Shown one piece after another: positions 1-8,215 of a stretch of 60,937 bases of DNA. Each line of letters starts with the position of its first letter. Position 1 is the first letter of the stretch. This stretch comes from Candidatus Dormiibacterota bacterium. Its GTDB lineage: Bacteria; Chloroflexota; Dormibacteria; CF-121. The notes under the pieces are model-generated. The model had not been told where the DNA came from and ran no database searches. It worked only from the letters and a program-made list of their open reading frames with translations. The translations under genes were made by a program, and so were the position numbers. Where the stretch lies: positions 1-60,937 of the forward strand of contig DATBYO010000124.1 of the NCBI GenBank assembly GCA_036513655.1. Direction: 5' to 3'.

Positions 1-2035
1 CCGCGGTCCCGATCGACACCGGGATCGCACCCGCCGAGTCATCTTTCCCAAGGAGTGTCCCGCCGATCCGGCGCGCGAGCGAGACCGCGGCGACCTGGTC
101 AACGCCCGGCATCAGGATCACGAACTCGTCGCCACCCCAGCGGGTCACCAGGTCGGCGTCGCGAAGGTGCGAGCTGAGGACTGAGGCCACCCGCTTCAGG
201 ACCGCGTCGCCGGCCGCGTGGCCACGGGCATCGTTAACCTGCTTGAGCCCGTCGACGTCCAGCATGAGCACGGCGAACGGCGCCGGTGGTTCAGCCACAA
301 GCCGCTGCTCGAGCGCCTGTTCGAAGGCGCGGCGATTCGCGAGCCCGGTCAGGGGGTCGGTCCGCGCGGTGGCGGCCAGCCGTTCGATCAGGCGAGCATT
401 GAAGATCGAGACTGCGGCCTGGTTCGCGAGGATGGTCAGCAGCCGCAGGTGGTCGCCGGTGTACTGGTGGAGGCCGACTTTGACGTTGACGATCACGCCC
501 ATCAGGCGGTCTTCGAAGATCACCGGTACGGCGAGCATCGACTCATTGCTGTCGCTCGTCCCGGCGATGTGAACCGCCTTGGGATGGCGCTCGGTATCGC
601 CGACCAGCGCGCCCTGCTTTGTTTCGGCGACCCAGCCGGTGATACCCTCGCCCACCTTGAGCGCGAGCGTTTCCGCCGTTACGCCCTCGTACTCACTCCG
701 CTTGGTGTCACTGAAGTACGCCGGCCGAAGGGTGAAGCCGTCGTCCTCGAGAAGATAGATGCGGCACTGGTCGTAGGGCAGCAAGGTGGTGATGGCGCGA
801 CCGATGGTCTCGCAAATCTCAGGCACGCTGACCACCATGGCCAGTCGCGCACCCAGCTGCTGGATGGCGTCGAGGTGCTGGGTCCAAGAATGCGCGAACT
901 GCGGTTTACGGTCTTCGTGAAGAGCGCTCTCGGCCGTTCCGGCGACGTCGACCTCGCCCGATTCGATCACCTGCAGCAGCGCCTCGGCAACCTTCGGGTC
1001 GAACTGCCGGCCCGCCTGGGCGCGGATTTCCTTGAGGATCCAGTCGCGGGGCCGAGCGCGGCGGTACGGCCGATCGCTGGCCATCGCCTGGAAGGCATCG
1101 CAGGCGTGGATGATGCGCGCCTCCACGGGGATTTGCCGGCCGCGGAGCCCATCGGGGTAGCCACCGCCATCCCACCGTTCATGTTCGGCCCGGACGACCG
1201 GGCGAATGCGGACAAGGAAGGGCACTGAGGCGACGATGCGTTCACCGATCACCGGGTGTTCCCGCATGATGGCGGCCTCCTCGTCATCGAGCGGACCGGG
1301 TTTGTTGAGGATGTAGCCGGGGATGCCGATCTTGCCGATGTCGTGCAGCAGCGCTCCGTACTCGAGAAACCGCAGCGTCTCGGCATCGAGACCAAGGCGC
1401 CGGCCCACCGCCCGGGCCATCGCCGCCGTCTCCCGAGAGTGGGCTTCGGTGTGGCGGTCCTTGGCATCGAGAGCCGCCGCCAGCGCCTCGATGGTCGAGA
1501 GGTAGCTCTCTTCGAGCTGCTCGCGGCGCCGTTCAGCGAGCTGATTCTCCTCGCGGAGTGCCTTACGCCCGAGGGCAGGGATGTAGGCGCATATCACCAT
1601 GGAGGCCGCCAGCAACACGAAGGAGCGCGCGTAGTAGCCGTCCCACCCCTGCAGCACCAGCGGAAGCCCGGCCGCGAAAACCGTGATGGCCAGTGCCGCG
1701 GCGGCGATCCGAAACTCGAGGATCGACGCGGTGAAGACGACGATGACGAGGAAGAGGACCGGGAGGTGTGAGTGCGTCCCGCCGGTCGCAAAGACACCAA
1801 CCGTCAGCATTCCGATGCCCCCGAACACGACGGGGATAAAACGGCTCGCCGGAATCTGTCCCCAGGGCAGCAGCCAGCAGGCCACGCCGGCGGCATAGGC
1901 CAGGCCGGTAACGATCCACTCGGCGGTGTAGTTGACGCGCAGGTCGTTCCCGATGAAGTTCGTCGCCATCACGATGCTCGCGAGTCCCCAGAAGGAGATC
2001 GCCGCGACCCTCAGCGTCGCACGGCGCAGCTGCAT
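1..2035 (-). CDS. Membrane-anchored HD-GYP + GAF + GGDEF multidomain c-di-GMP signalling protein (C-terminus runs off the left edge)
   Basis: This frame is absent from the ORF track because no stop lies inside the window. My own translation from ATG 2035 gives hydrophobic N-terminal helices, LLHDIGKIGIP and HERWDGGGYPDG (HD-GYP, about 1154-1183), a GAF-like core (GEGITGWVAE..MLAVPV), then RDAD-N5-GGDEF (GGDEF codons 122-136). Confidence 0.85.
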   Translation of the reverse strand, partial: MQLRRATLRVAAISFWGLASIVMATNFIGNDLRVNYTAEWIVTGLAYAAGVACWLLPWGQIPASRFIPVVFGGIGMLTVGVFATGGTHSHLPVLFLVIVVFTASILEFRIAAAALAITVFAAGLPLVLQGWDGYYARSFVLLAASMVICAYIPALGRKALREENQLAERRREQLEESYLSTIEALAAALDAKDRHTEAHSRETAAMARAVGRRLGLDAETLRFLEYGALLHDIGKIGIPGYILNKPGPLDDEEAAIMREHPVIGERIVASVPFLVRIRPVVRAEHERWDGGGYPDGLRGRQIPVEARIIHACDAFQAMASDRPYRRARPRDWILKEIRAQAGRQFDPKVAEALLQVIESGEVDVAGTAESALHEDRKPQFAHSWTQHLDAIQQLGARLAMVVSVPEICETIGRAITTLLPYDQCRIYLLEDDGFTLRPAYFSDTKRSEYEGVTAETLALKVGEGITGWVAETKQGALVGDTERHPKAVHIAGTSDSNESMLAVPVIFEDRLMGVIVNVKVGLHQYTGDHLRLLTILANQAAVSIFNARLIERLAATARTDPLTGLANRRAFEQALEQRLVAEPPAPFAVLMLDVDGLKQVNDARGHAAGDAVLKRVASVLSSHLRDADLVTRWGGDEFVILMPGVDQVAAVSLARRIGGTLLGKDDSAGAIPVSIGTA

Positions 2036-2124
2036 TCGGACATCTGCGGGTGGCATGCTGGCGAATACAACGCGAGAGCGGCTGGCTTCCGTCTGGGGCT
2101 GCCGGGCGGCTAGCATGGGCCGGC

Positions 2125-2823
2125 ATGTTCTGGACCTTCGTCGACGCCTCCACGATCTCGGACGGCAGGATCGTGATCGACGGGAAACCGGGGCATCACC
2201 TGGCGCGCGTCCGACGCCTTCGGCCGGGGGAGCACGGGGTCGCCGTCTCCCGCGGACGTGAATACGAGCTCGAAGTGGTCGAGATCCAGGGCGAGCGGGT
2301 GGTGGGTCGCGTCCTCGGCGAGCGGCCAACGCGGGGCGAGGCAACGACGCCGGTCACCCTGCTCCAGGCGGTGCTCCCGAACCCCGATTTCGACGCGGTG
2401 ATCGAAGGCGGGACCGCGGTCGGAATCCACGAGTTCGTCGCCGTCCAGGCGGCGCGTTCGATCGGTCGTCCCCCCGGCAGCCGGCGGGCCCGCTGGAACG
2501 CGATCGCCCAATCCGCGGCGGAGCAGAGTCATCGCGGCGACATCCCACAGGTGACGGGGCCGATAACGCTGCCGGCGGCCCTCGATCGGGCGACCGGCAC
2601 CCGACTCTTCGCGCTCGACCCGGCGGCCGCCGTGCCCCTGCTGCACGCGGTTGACGGCTCGCCCGCCTACACCATCGCCGTCGGTCCTGAGGGAGGCTGG
2701 ACCGACGTTGAGCTGACCGTACTGCGTGCTCGCGGAGCAGTGGCGGTGAACCTCGGCCCGCGAATCCTGCGCGCGCGACTGGCCCCCGTCGTGGCCGCTG
2801 CTATCCTCGTCCAACAACGATGA
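2125..2823 (+). CDS. rsmE: 16S rRNA (uracil1498-N3)-methyltransferase RsmE
   Basis: ORF 2050-2823 trimmed to ATG 2125 (MFWTFVD). It has the RsmE-like C-terminal IAVGPEGGWTDVEL motif and is followed by mtaB, as in the Bacillus yqeU-yqeV pair. Confidence 0.8.
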   Translation: MFWTFVDASTISDGRIVIDGKPGHHLARVRRLRPGEHGVAVSRGREYELEVVEIQGERVVGRVLGERPTRGEATTPVTLLQAVLPNPDFDAVIEGGTAVGIHEFVAVQAARSIGRPPGSRRARWNAIAQSAAEQSHRGDIPQVTGPITLPAALDRATGTRLFALDPAAAVPLLHAVDGSPAYTIAVGPEGGWTDVELTVLRARGAVAVNLGPRILRARLAPVVAAAILVQQR

Positions 2824-4052
2824 ACGTCTCCATCCAAACGCTTGGGTGCAAGGTCAATTTCGCCGAGATGGCCCAGCTCGGCGACCGGCTGGCCCGGGCC
2901 GGCTTTGCTGTCTCGGATAGCGACGAGCGCGCCGACATCTGCGTGATCAACAGCTGCACGGTGACGGCCCAGGCCGACCGCAAGCTTCGAACCATGGTGC
3001 ACGGCCTCCGGCGCCGCCACCCTGATGCGCAGTTGATTCTCACGGGTTGCCATGTCGACAATCCGAACCCGCGCGTATCGGCGGTCCCCAGTGTCGACGT
3101 GGTGTTTCCGAACGCGCGCAAAGGTGAGATCTTCGACTACGTCGCATCGACCTTCACGCCGGCCGCCGGGAGCCGCGGATCGACAAGCTTCGCCCGCTCT
3201 CGTTTCTTCCTCAAGGTGCAGGACGGCTGCAATCACCGCTGCACCTACTGCATCGTGTGGCGGACCCGCGGAGCGTCCCAGAGCGACGAGGAAACCCAGC
3301 TGATCGAACGAGCCCAGCGAGCGGTCACCGATGGCCATGGCGAGATCGTGCTAACCGGCGTCGACCTGGGTGCGTTCGGCCGGGACCGCGGCATGAGTTT
3401 TGCGCCGTTCGTGCGGCGGCTGCTGGCCGCGATCGCCCCGGCACGGCTCCGCCTCAGTTCGATCAACGCGAACGACTTCACCCCGGAACTGGTGGAGCTG
3501 GCCGCGGCCCCCCGCTTCTGCCGCCATCTGCACATTCCATTGCAGTCCGGCAGTGACCAGGTGCTGAAGCGTATGGGCCGACTCTACCGCCGCAGCGACT
3601 ATCTGAGGCTGGTGGCGGCGTTGCGCGAACAATCCCCTGACATCGCCATCACCGCCGACGTCATCGTCGGCTTCCCGGGTGAGACCGATGCCGACTTCGC
3701 GGAGACGCAGGCGTTGGCCAGCGATGCCGGGTTGAGCGGGATGCATGTCTTCCGCTACTCGCCCCGGGCGGGAACAGCCGCCCCACGGCTCGGCCTGCCG
3801 GTGGATGATCCCGTGAGCCGCGACCGAAGCCACCGGCTGCAGGCGCAGGCGGATGCGCAACGCCGAGCCTACGAAACGCGATTCATCGATCGCGACCTCG
3901 AGGTGATCTGGGATCGCCGGCTGCCTTCCCGGATGCGAGGCCTGAGCGACAACTACATCACGGTCTATGCCCCCGAGCGCGGCCAGGCGCTGGGGGCCCT
4001 GGCCAGCGTTCGCCCGCTGACGCCCAGCGCCGACGGTCTCCTCTGCCGGTAA
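2820..4052 (+). CDS. mtaB: tRNA threonylcarbamoyladenosine methylthiotransferase MtaB (radical SAM)
   Basis: N-terminal TLGCKVNFAE, radical-SAM CNHRCTYC (CxxxCxxC), 410 aa, 4-nt overlap with rsmE. Confidence 0.8.
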   Translation: MNVSIQTLGCKVNFAEMAQLGDRLARAGFAVSDSDERADICVINSCTVTAQADRKLRTMVHGLRRRHPDAQLILTGCHVDNPNPRVSAVPSVDVVFPNARKGEIFDYVASTFTPAAGSRGSTSFARSRFFLKVQDGCNHRCTYCIVWRTRGASQSDEETQLIERAQRAVTDGHGEIVLTGVDLGAFGRDRGMSFAPFVRRLLAAIAPARLRLSSINANDFTPELVELAAAPRFCRHLHIPLQSGSDQVLKRMGRLYRRSDYLRLVAALREQSPDIAITADVIVGFPGETDADFAETQALASDAGLSGMHVFRYSPRAGTAAPRLGLPVDDPVSRDRSHRLQAQADAQRRAYETRFIDRDLEVIWDRRLPSRMRGLSDNYITVYAPERGQALGALASVRPLTPSADGLLCR

Positions 4053-4061
4053 GCTTGGCCG

Positions 4062-4409
4062 ATGGCTGAGGACTGCCTCTTCTGCAAGATCTTTGCGCGG
4101 GAGATTCCGGCAAAGGAAGTCTTCCGGGACGAGGAAATCGTTGCCTTCGAGGACATCCGTCCGGTCGCCCCGACCCACGTCCTGATCATTCCAAGGGAGC
4201 ACATCCCATCGGTCCACGAGCTGAAGCCCGACCACAGTCACATGCTCGGCCGGATCTTCGAGGTGGCAAACCGGATCGCCGACGAGCGGAAGATCGATCG
4301 GGATGGGTACCGCCTGGTCTTCAATAAAGGTCCGCAGGCGGGCCAGTCCGTCTACCACCTGCACGCCCACCTGCTGGGCGGGCGCGCGATGGGCTGGCCA
4401 CCAGGCTAG
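4062..4409 (+). CDS. HIT-family (histidine triad) nucleotide-binding protein
   Basis: CLFCKI N-terminus and HLHAHLLGG (HxHxHxx) triad; 115 aa. Confidence 0.85.
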   Translation: MAEDCLFCKIFAREIPAKEVFRDEEIVAFEDIRPVAPTHVLIIPREHIPSVHELKPDHSHMLGRIFEVANRIADERKIDRDGYRLVFNKGPQAGQSVYHLHAHLLGGRAMGWPPG

Positions 4410-4519
4410 CGCCTCAACGCCGTTCGCAAGGTCTGTCACAAGGCTGCTACAGCTTGACCGCGTCGGGGCCAGCCGCGTGAAACAAAGGCCGTAACTGGCC
4501 CGCGGTAGCGTGGTCGCAA

Positions 4520-5530
4520 ATGCGACTCCCAGCCTGGCGTGCCAAGAACCCGGAGGCGCGGCGCCGCCGCCGGCGCCTCAGCTACTGGCTGTTCTTCGCC
4601 GGATTACTGGCGATTTTCTTCCTGGTGCGTGCCATTCCTGCCGACTGGGAGATCGGACCGTTCCGGATCGACACCAGCGGCAGCGCCGCCGACCCGCAAG
4701 CCAGCCTGTATTTCGCCGACGACCCGCACGCCCCGTTCTGGCTGCTGGTTCCGACGTTCAATCTTCCACCTCGCTTCTTTGCCGCGCGCCCAGGCGCGCC
4801 GCGCCCGGTCGCCCTCGGGCCAACCCAGTCCCCGGCGCCGTCCGGAAGCGCCTCCCCTTCATCCAGCGCTTCGACCTCGCCGAGTGCAACGCCGTCCGGG
4901 TCCGCGAGGCCGACCGCATCTCCGTCGGCGCAGCCGAGCGCCTCCCCCACCCCCACAGCTGGACCAACGCCGGCGCCCACCCCGGCACCTACCCCGACGC
5001 CTACCCCCACACCAACGCCCACGCCAAGGCCAACACCCACGCCAACGCCCACGCCAACGCCAACACCCACGCCAACGCCCACGCCAACACCCACCCCCAC
5101 GCCCACACCCACGCCGACGCCAACACCGACGCCCACACCGACCCCAACCCCAACGCCAACACCGACGCCCACGCCCACGCCGACTCCGACCCCGACGCCA
5201 ACACCGACGCCCGCGCCGCTGGCGATCACGTCCGCCGCTGAGTCAGTGACGAAAACTGGGGGCGAGTGCGGCCAGAGCGCCAAGGTCACGGCGACCGGCA
5301 GCGTCACCACCAATGGCGCCGGCGGCACGGTGACCTACTACTGGGTCCGCAAGGACGACACCGGGACGCACGCGCAGCCGCAGCACACGCTGACGATCGC
5401 GAAGGGCGACACCGGCGCCCATGCCGTGGTCACCGATGTCTGGACACCGGGCAGCTCCGGCAGTGAGCAGCTGGTGTTCGTCAGCCCGACCTACCCGCTG
5501 GCAGCGAAAGCCTTCAACTGCGGCGGCTGA
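4520..5530 (+). CDS. Membrane-anchored protein with a long Thr-Pro linker and a small C-terminal beta-rich domain
   Basis: Arg-rich N-terminus plus TM helix ([15 protein letters not shown]), a Ser/Ala/Pro stretch, about 40 TP dipeptides, then a roughly 100-aa domain with two Cys. The other five frames across the repeat are low-complexity artefacts. Confidence 0.65.
   Translation: MRLPAWRAKNPEARRRRRRLSYWLFFAGLLAIFFLVRAIPADWEIGPFRIDTSGSAADPQASLYFADDPHAPFWLLVPTFNLPPRFFAARPGAPRPVALGPTQSPAPSGSASPSSSASTSPSATPSGSARPTASPSAQPSASPTPTAGPTPAPTPAPTPTPTPTPTPTPRPTPTPTPTPTPTPTPTPTPTPTPTPTPTPTPTPTPTPTPTPTPTPTPTPTPTPTPTPTPTPAPLAITSAAESVTKTGGECGQSAKVTATGSVTTNGAGGTVTYYWVRKDDTGTHAQPQHTLTIAKGDTGAHAVVTDVWTPGSSGSEQLVFVSPTYPLAAKAFNCGG
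4946..5215 (+). repeat. Hexanucleotide (ACN CCN)n coding microsatellite-like tract (Thr-Pro linker)
   Basis: Direct reading: a period-6 repeat spanning aa 143-232 of the 4520-5530 ORF. It is open in all six frames. Confidence 0.9.
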
Positions 5531-5555
5531 TCCGGCGGATCGGCGGAGAGCGGGC

Positions 5556-6410
5556 TCAGGCGGCGGCGGCGACCTGATAGCGCATGATCTTTCCCGGACC
5601 CGAGCGCTTGGCCGCATAGAGAGCCTCGTCGGCGTGCGCCAGCAGCACCTCCGGCGTGGTCCCATCATCGGGGAACACGGCAATGCCGATGCTGAACGAG
5701 ACATCGACATTCGTGCCGCGGAGCGTCTGCCCCATCGACCGGTAGATGTCCTGGATTCGCGAGGCGACCACCATCGCGCCGGCACCGTCGGCGTCCGATA
5801 AGAGCAGCACGAATTCATCACCGCCGAAGCGGAAGGGTTCGTCGCCGACCCGCACGGCAAAGCGCAGCAAGTTGGCAAGTTCCTTCAACAACTCGTTGCC
5901 AACACCGTGGCCCAGCCGGTCGTTGACCGGCTTGAACCCGTCGACGTCCATCATCATCACCGCCATCCGCCGGCCGGTCCGTGCCGCCGGCCCGAGCCAG
6001 GTCGGGAGCTGCTCCTGCAGGGCTCGGAGGTTGTGAAGGCCGGTCAGCTCATCGACCCGGCTCATGCGCATCAGGCGCCGGCGCTCTTGCTCCCAGTTGC
6101 TCGTGAGCAGCGCCGCGTACCCGTACATCAGGACATGGGTCAGGAGGTTGACGATCAGCGTCGTTCCTGTGGTCCCAACGATCCCGACGCTCACGATCGC
6201 GACCCCGGCCGCGATCGCCAGTGCCATCACGCGCGGCAGCAGCATCGCGCCGCAGAGCACGATCAGGAAGTACACAAGCCGCAGGTCGAAGTCGCCGGCG
6301 ACCGATCGCTCCAGATAGGCGACGGCGGCGACCGCGGCCAGGAGGACGGCGAGCCCCATCACCCGGCGGACGCCGAGTGCCTTGCGCAGGGCCGGCTCGG
6401 CCAGGTTCAC
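5556..6410 (-). CDS. Membrane-bound diguanylate cyclase (GGDEF)
   Basis: N-terminal hydrophobic helices, DELTGLHNLRAL, and RVGD-N5-GGDEF (I-site plus active site). Confidence 0.85.
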   Translation of the reverse strand: MNLAEPALRKALGVRRVMGLAVLLAAVAAVAYLERSVAGDFDLRLVYFLIVLCGAMLLPRVMALAIAAGVAIVSVGIVGTTGTTLIVNLLTHVLMYGYAALLTSNWEQERRRLMRMSRVDELTGLHNLRALQEQLPTWLGPAARTGRRMAVMMMDVDGFKPVNDRLGHGVGNELLKELANLLRFAVRVGDEPFRFGGDEFVLLLSDADGAGAMVVASRIQDIYRSMGQTLRGTNVDVSFSIGIAVFPDDGTTPEVLLAHADEALYAAKRSGPGKIMRYQVAAAA

Positions 6411-6461
6411 GCGACCGCCAGCCTGTCGTTCATGCCTAGGCGATAACGAGGTTTTATAGCC

Positions 6462-6869
6462 CTAATTGCTCCGGCCCCGGCTCTGCCGCCACTGCATCGC
6501 GCCGCGCACGATCCAGACCGCCAGCAGCGCGACGATGCCGGCGCTCAGCGCGACGAGCGGGTAAGCACATCCGACGACCGCCCAGGGTAGGCCCAGCGCG
6601 AGGCCGCTGAGCGCCTCGCGGATCGGCACCCCCCGCCCGATCGGCGTGTCGCACGCGCGGCAGCGCCCACGTTGCGCCAGGTAGCTGATCACGGGGACCA
6701 GCTCGTCGGCGGTCAGGCGATGGTTGCAGATGCGGCAGTGCGATGGCGGCCAGAGCAGCGATTCGCCTCGCGGAACACGGTCGAGGACGACCTCGAAGAA
6801 GCTGCCCAGCGCCATCCCGAGCGGAAGCAAGAAGGCCGCTCCGAGCAGGTTGCACAGGATGTCAAGCAA
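6462..6869 (-). CDS. Prepilin peptidase N-terminal (Cys-rich, methyltransferase-type) domain protein lacking the A24 peptidase domain
   Basis: LGSFFEVVLDRVP ... CRICNHRL ... VISYLAQRGRCRACDTPI matches the PilD N-terminal CxxC..CxxC region. The protein stops at 135 aa after about 2 helices, with no GxGDxK/Asp-containing peptidase helices. TTG start, divergent from pilT with a 3-nt gap. Confidence 0.7.
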   Translation of the reverse strand: MLDILCNLLGAAFLLPLGMALGSFFEVVLDRVPRGESLLWPPSHCRICNHRLTADELVPVISYLAQRGRCRACDTPIGRGVPIREALSGLALGLPWAVVGCAYPLVALSAGIVALLAVWIVRGAMQWRQSRGRSN

Positions 6870-6872
6870 TCA

Positions 6873-7961
6873 ATGGCACCTCTAAGCCAGCCGGCCGACC
6901 CGCCTCCATTGATCATCGACGCCTACCTCCAGACCTTGCTCGACCAGACGGCCTCCGACCTGATCCTCACGGCCGGCGCGCCTCCCACCATGCGGAAGGA
7001 CGGCCTGCTGCTCCCGATTGCCAACGACCCTCTTCGCCCGGAGCAAATCGAGCAGATCGGGCACGAGATCCTGGCTGCGGAGCGCTGGACACGGTTTCAG
7101 GAGCGGGGGGACCTGGACTTCTCCTTCAACTGGAAGGGCCACGCCCGATTCCGGATCAACGCCTTCAAACAGCGAGGATCGGTCGGACTGGCGCTCCGGT
7201 TGATCCCGTACCAGATTCCGAGCTTCGACCAGCTCGGCGTTCCGATGGTCGTGCGCGGTCTCACCCGGCTGAACCAGGGGCTGATCCTCGTCACCGGACC
7301 GACCGGCTCGGGCAAATCGTCGACGCTGGCCGCGATGGTCAACGATATCGTCGCCACCCGGCCGTGCCACGTGATCACCATCGAGGACCCGATCGAGTAC
7401 GTCTATCGCCATCAGCGAGGTATTGTCGAGCAACGGGAGGTCGGCGCGGACGTGCCATCCTTCGCCGATGCCTTGCGGGCAGCGCTGCGGCAAACACCGG
7501 ACGTGCTGCTGGTCGGTGAGATGCGCGACCTGGAGACGATCTCCGCGGCGATCACGATCGCGGAAACCGGTCACCTGGTGCTGGCCACGCTCCACACCAA
7601 CGACACGACCCAGGCGGTCGACCGGATGGTCGATGTCTTCCCCGCGGAGCAGCAGCAGCAGGTGCGGGTTCAGCTATCGAACACCCTGGCCGCGGTGATC
7701 TACCAGCAGCTGCTGCCGAGGCGGGACGGCCCGGGCCGCGTGGCGGCGTTCGAGGTCCTGCTCAACACGATCGCGGTCCAGAACCTGATCAAGGAAGGCA
7801 AGACCCGCCAGCTTCGCAACGTGCTGGAAACCGGGGCGAAGGACCACATGAACACGATGGAGCGAAGCCTCGGCGACCTGATCAAGGCGGGCCTGATCGA
7901 CGTCAGCGTCGCGGCCTCGCGCGCCCAACATCCCGACGAACTGCGCCGGCTGGCAGCTTAG
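6873..7961 (+). CDS. pilT: Type IV pilus retraction ATPase PilT
   Basis: ORF 6672-7961 trimmed to ATG 6873 (MAPLSQ). Walker A GPTGSGKSS, LLVGEMRD, ATLHTN, and the PilT-type AVQNLIKEGK motif; about 362 aa with no GspE N-domain. Confidence 0.9.
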   Translation: MAPLSQPADPPPLIIDAYLQTLLDQTASDLILTAGAPPTMRKDGLLLPIANDPLRPEQIEQIGHEILAAERWTRFQERGDLDFSFNWKGHARFRINAFKQRGSVGLALRLIPYQIPSFDQLGVPMVVRGLTRLNQGLILVTGPTGSGKSSTLAAMVNDIVATRPCHVITIEDPIEYVYRHQRGIVEQREVGADVPSFADALRAALRQTPDVLLVGEMRDLETISAAITIAETGHLVLATLHTNDTTQAVDRMVDVFPAEQQQQVRVQLSNTLAAVIYQQLLPRRDGPGRVAAFEVLLNTIAVQNLIKEGKTRQLRNVLETGAKDHMNTMERSLGDLIKAGLIDVSVAASRAQHPDELRRLAA

Positions 7962-8023
7962 CAACCCCACCAGGCTAGCCGCAGGTTTGCCCCGGTTGAC
8001 GCGTTTGCTCCGGTTGGAAACAT

Positions 8024-8215
8024 ATGAAGCCGGCGCTTTCCACAAGCGAGGCGGCGCGATGGCTCGGGATCAGTAAGTCGACCCTGATCCGCGCGGTGAA
8101 CCGGGGCGACATTCAGCCGGCGTTTCGCACCCCCGGCCGGCACCTGCGTTTCACGGTCGACGATCTCAACGCGATTCGGCGCCGGCTGCGAGGGCCGGCC
8201 GGGGAGGTCGCGTGA
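8024..8215 (+). CDS. Small excisionase/MerR-like helix-turn-helix (HTH_17-type) DNA-binding protein
   Basis: LSTSEAARWLGISKSTLIRAVNRGDI..GRHLRFTVDDL pattern; 63 aa; GTGA overlap with pilB. Confidence 0.7.
   Translation: MKPALSTSEAARWLGISKSTLIRAVNRGDIQPAFRTPGRHLRFTVDDLNAIRRRLRGPAGEVA

Noticed and set aside
218-1228. 336-aa + strand ORF
   Set aside because: It is antisense to a minus-strand frame that reads clean HD-GYP, GAF and GGDEF motifs. The product is Arg/Gly/Ala/Asp-rich with no recognisable motif, which is a typical GC-rich shadow ORF.
3351-4439. 362-aa minus-strand ORF
   Set aside because: It is antisense to mtaB and the HIT gene, both of which have strong motif support, and its composition is that of a shadow ORF.
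4510-5328. ORFs 4510-5241, 4539-5249 and 4582-5328 across the TP tract (His/Ala/Asn, Arg/Pro/Gln and Gly/Val repeats)
   Set aside because: They are alternative frames of the hexanucleotide repeat. Only the 4520 frame has a TM anchor and a non-repetitive C-terminal domain.
6672-6872. N-terminal 67-aa extension of the pilT ORF
   Set aside because: It overlaps the divergent PilD-N gene. PilT homology starts after ATG 6873.
8024-8215. An excisionase gene as a marker of a prophage or integrative element
   Set aside because: There is no integrase, att-like repeat or phage gene nearby. The gene is translationally coupled to pilB inside the pilus operon.
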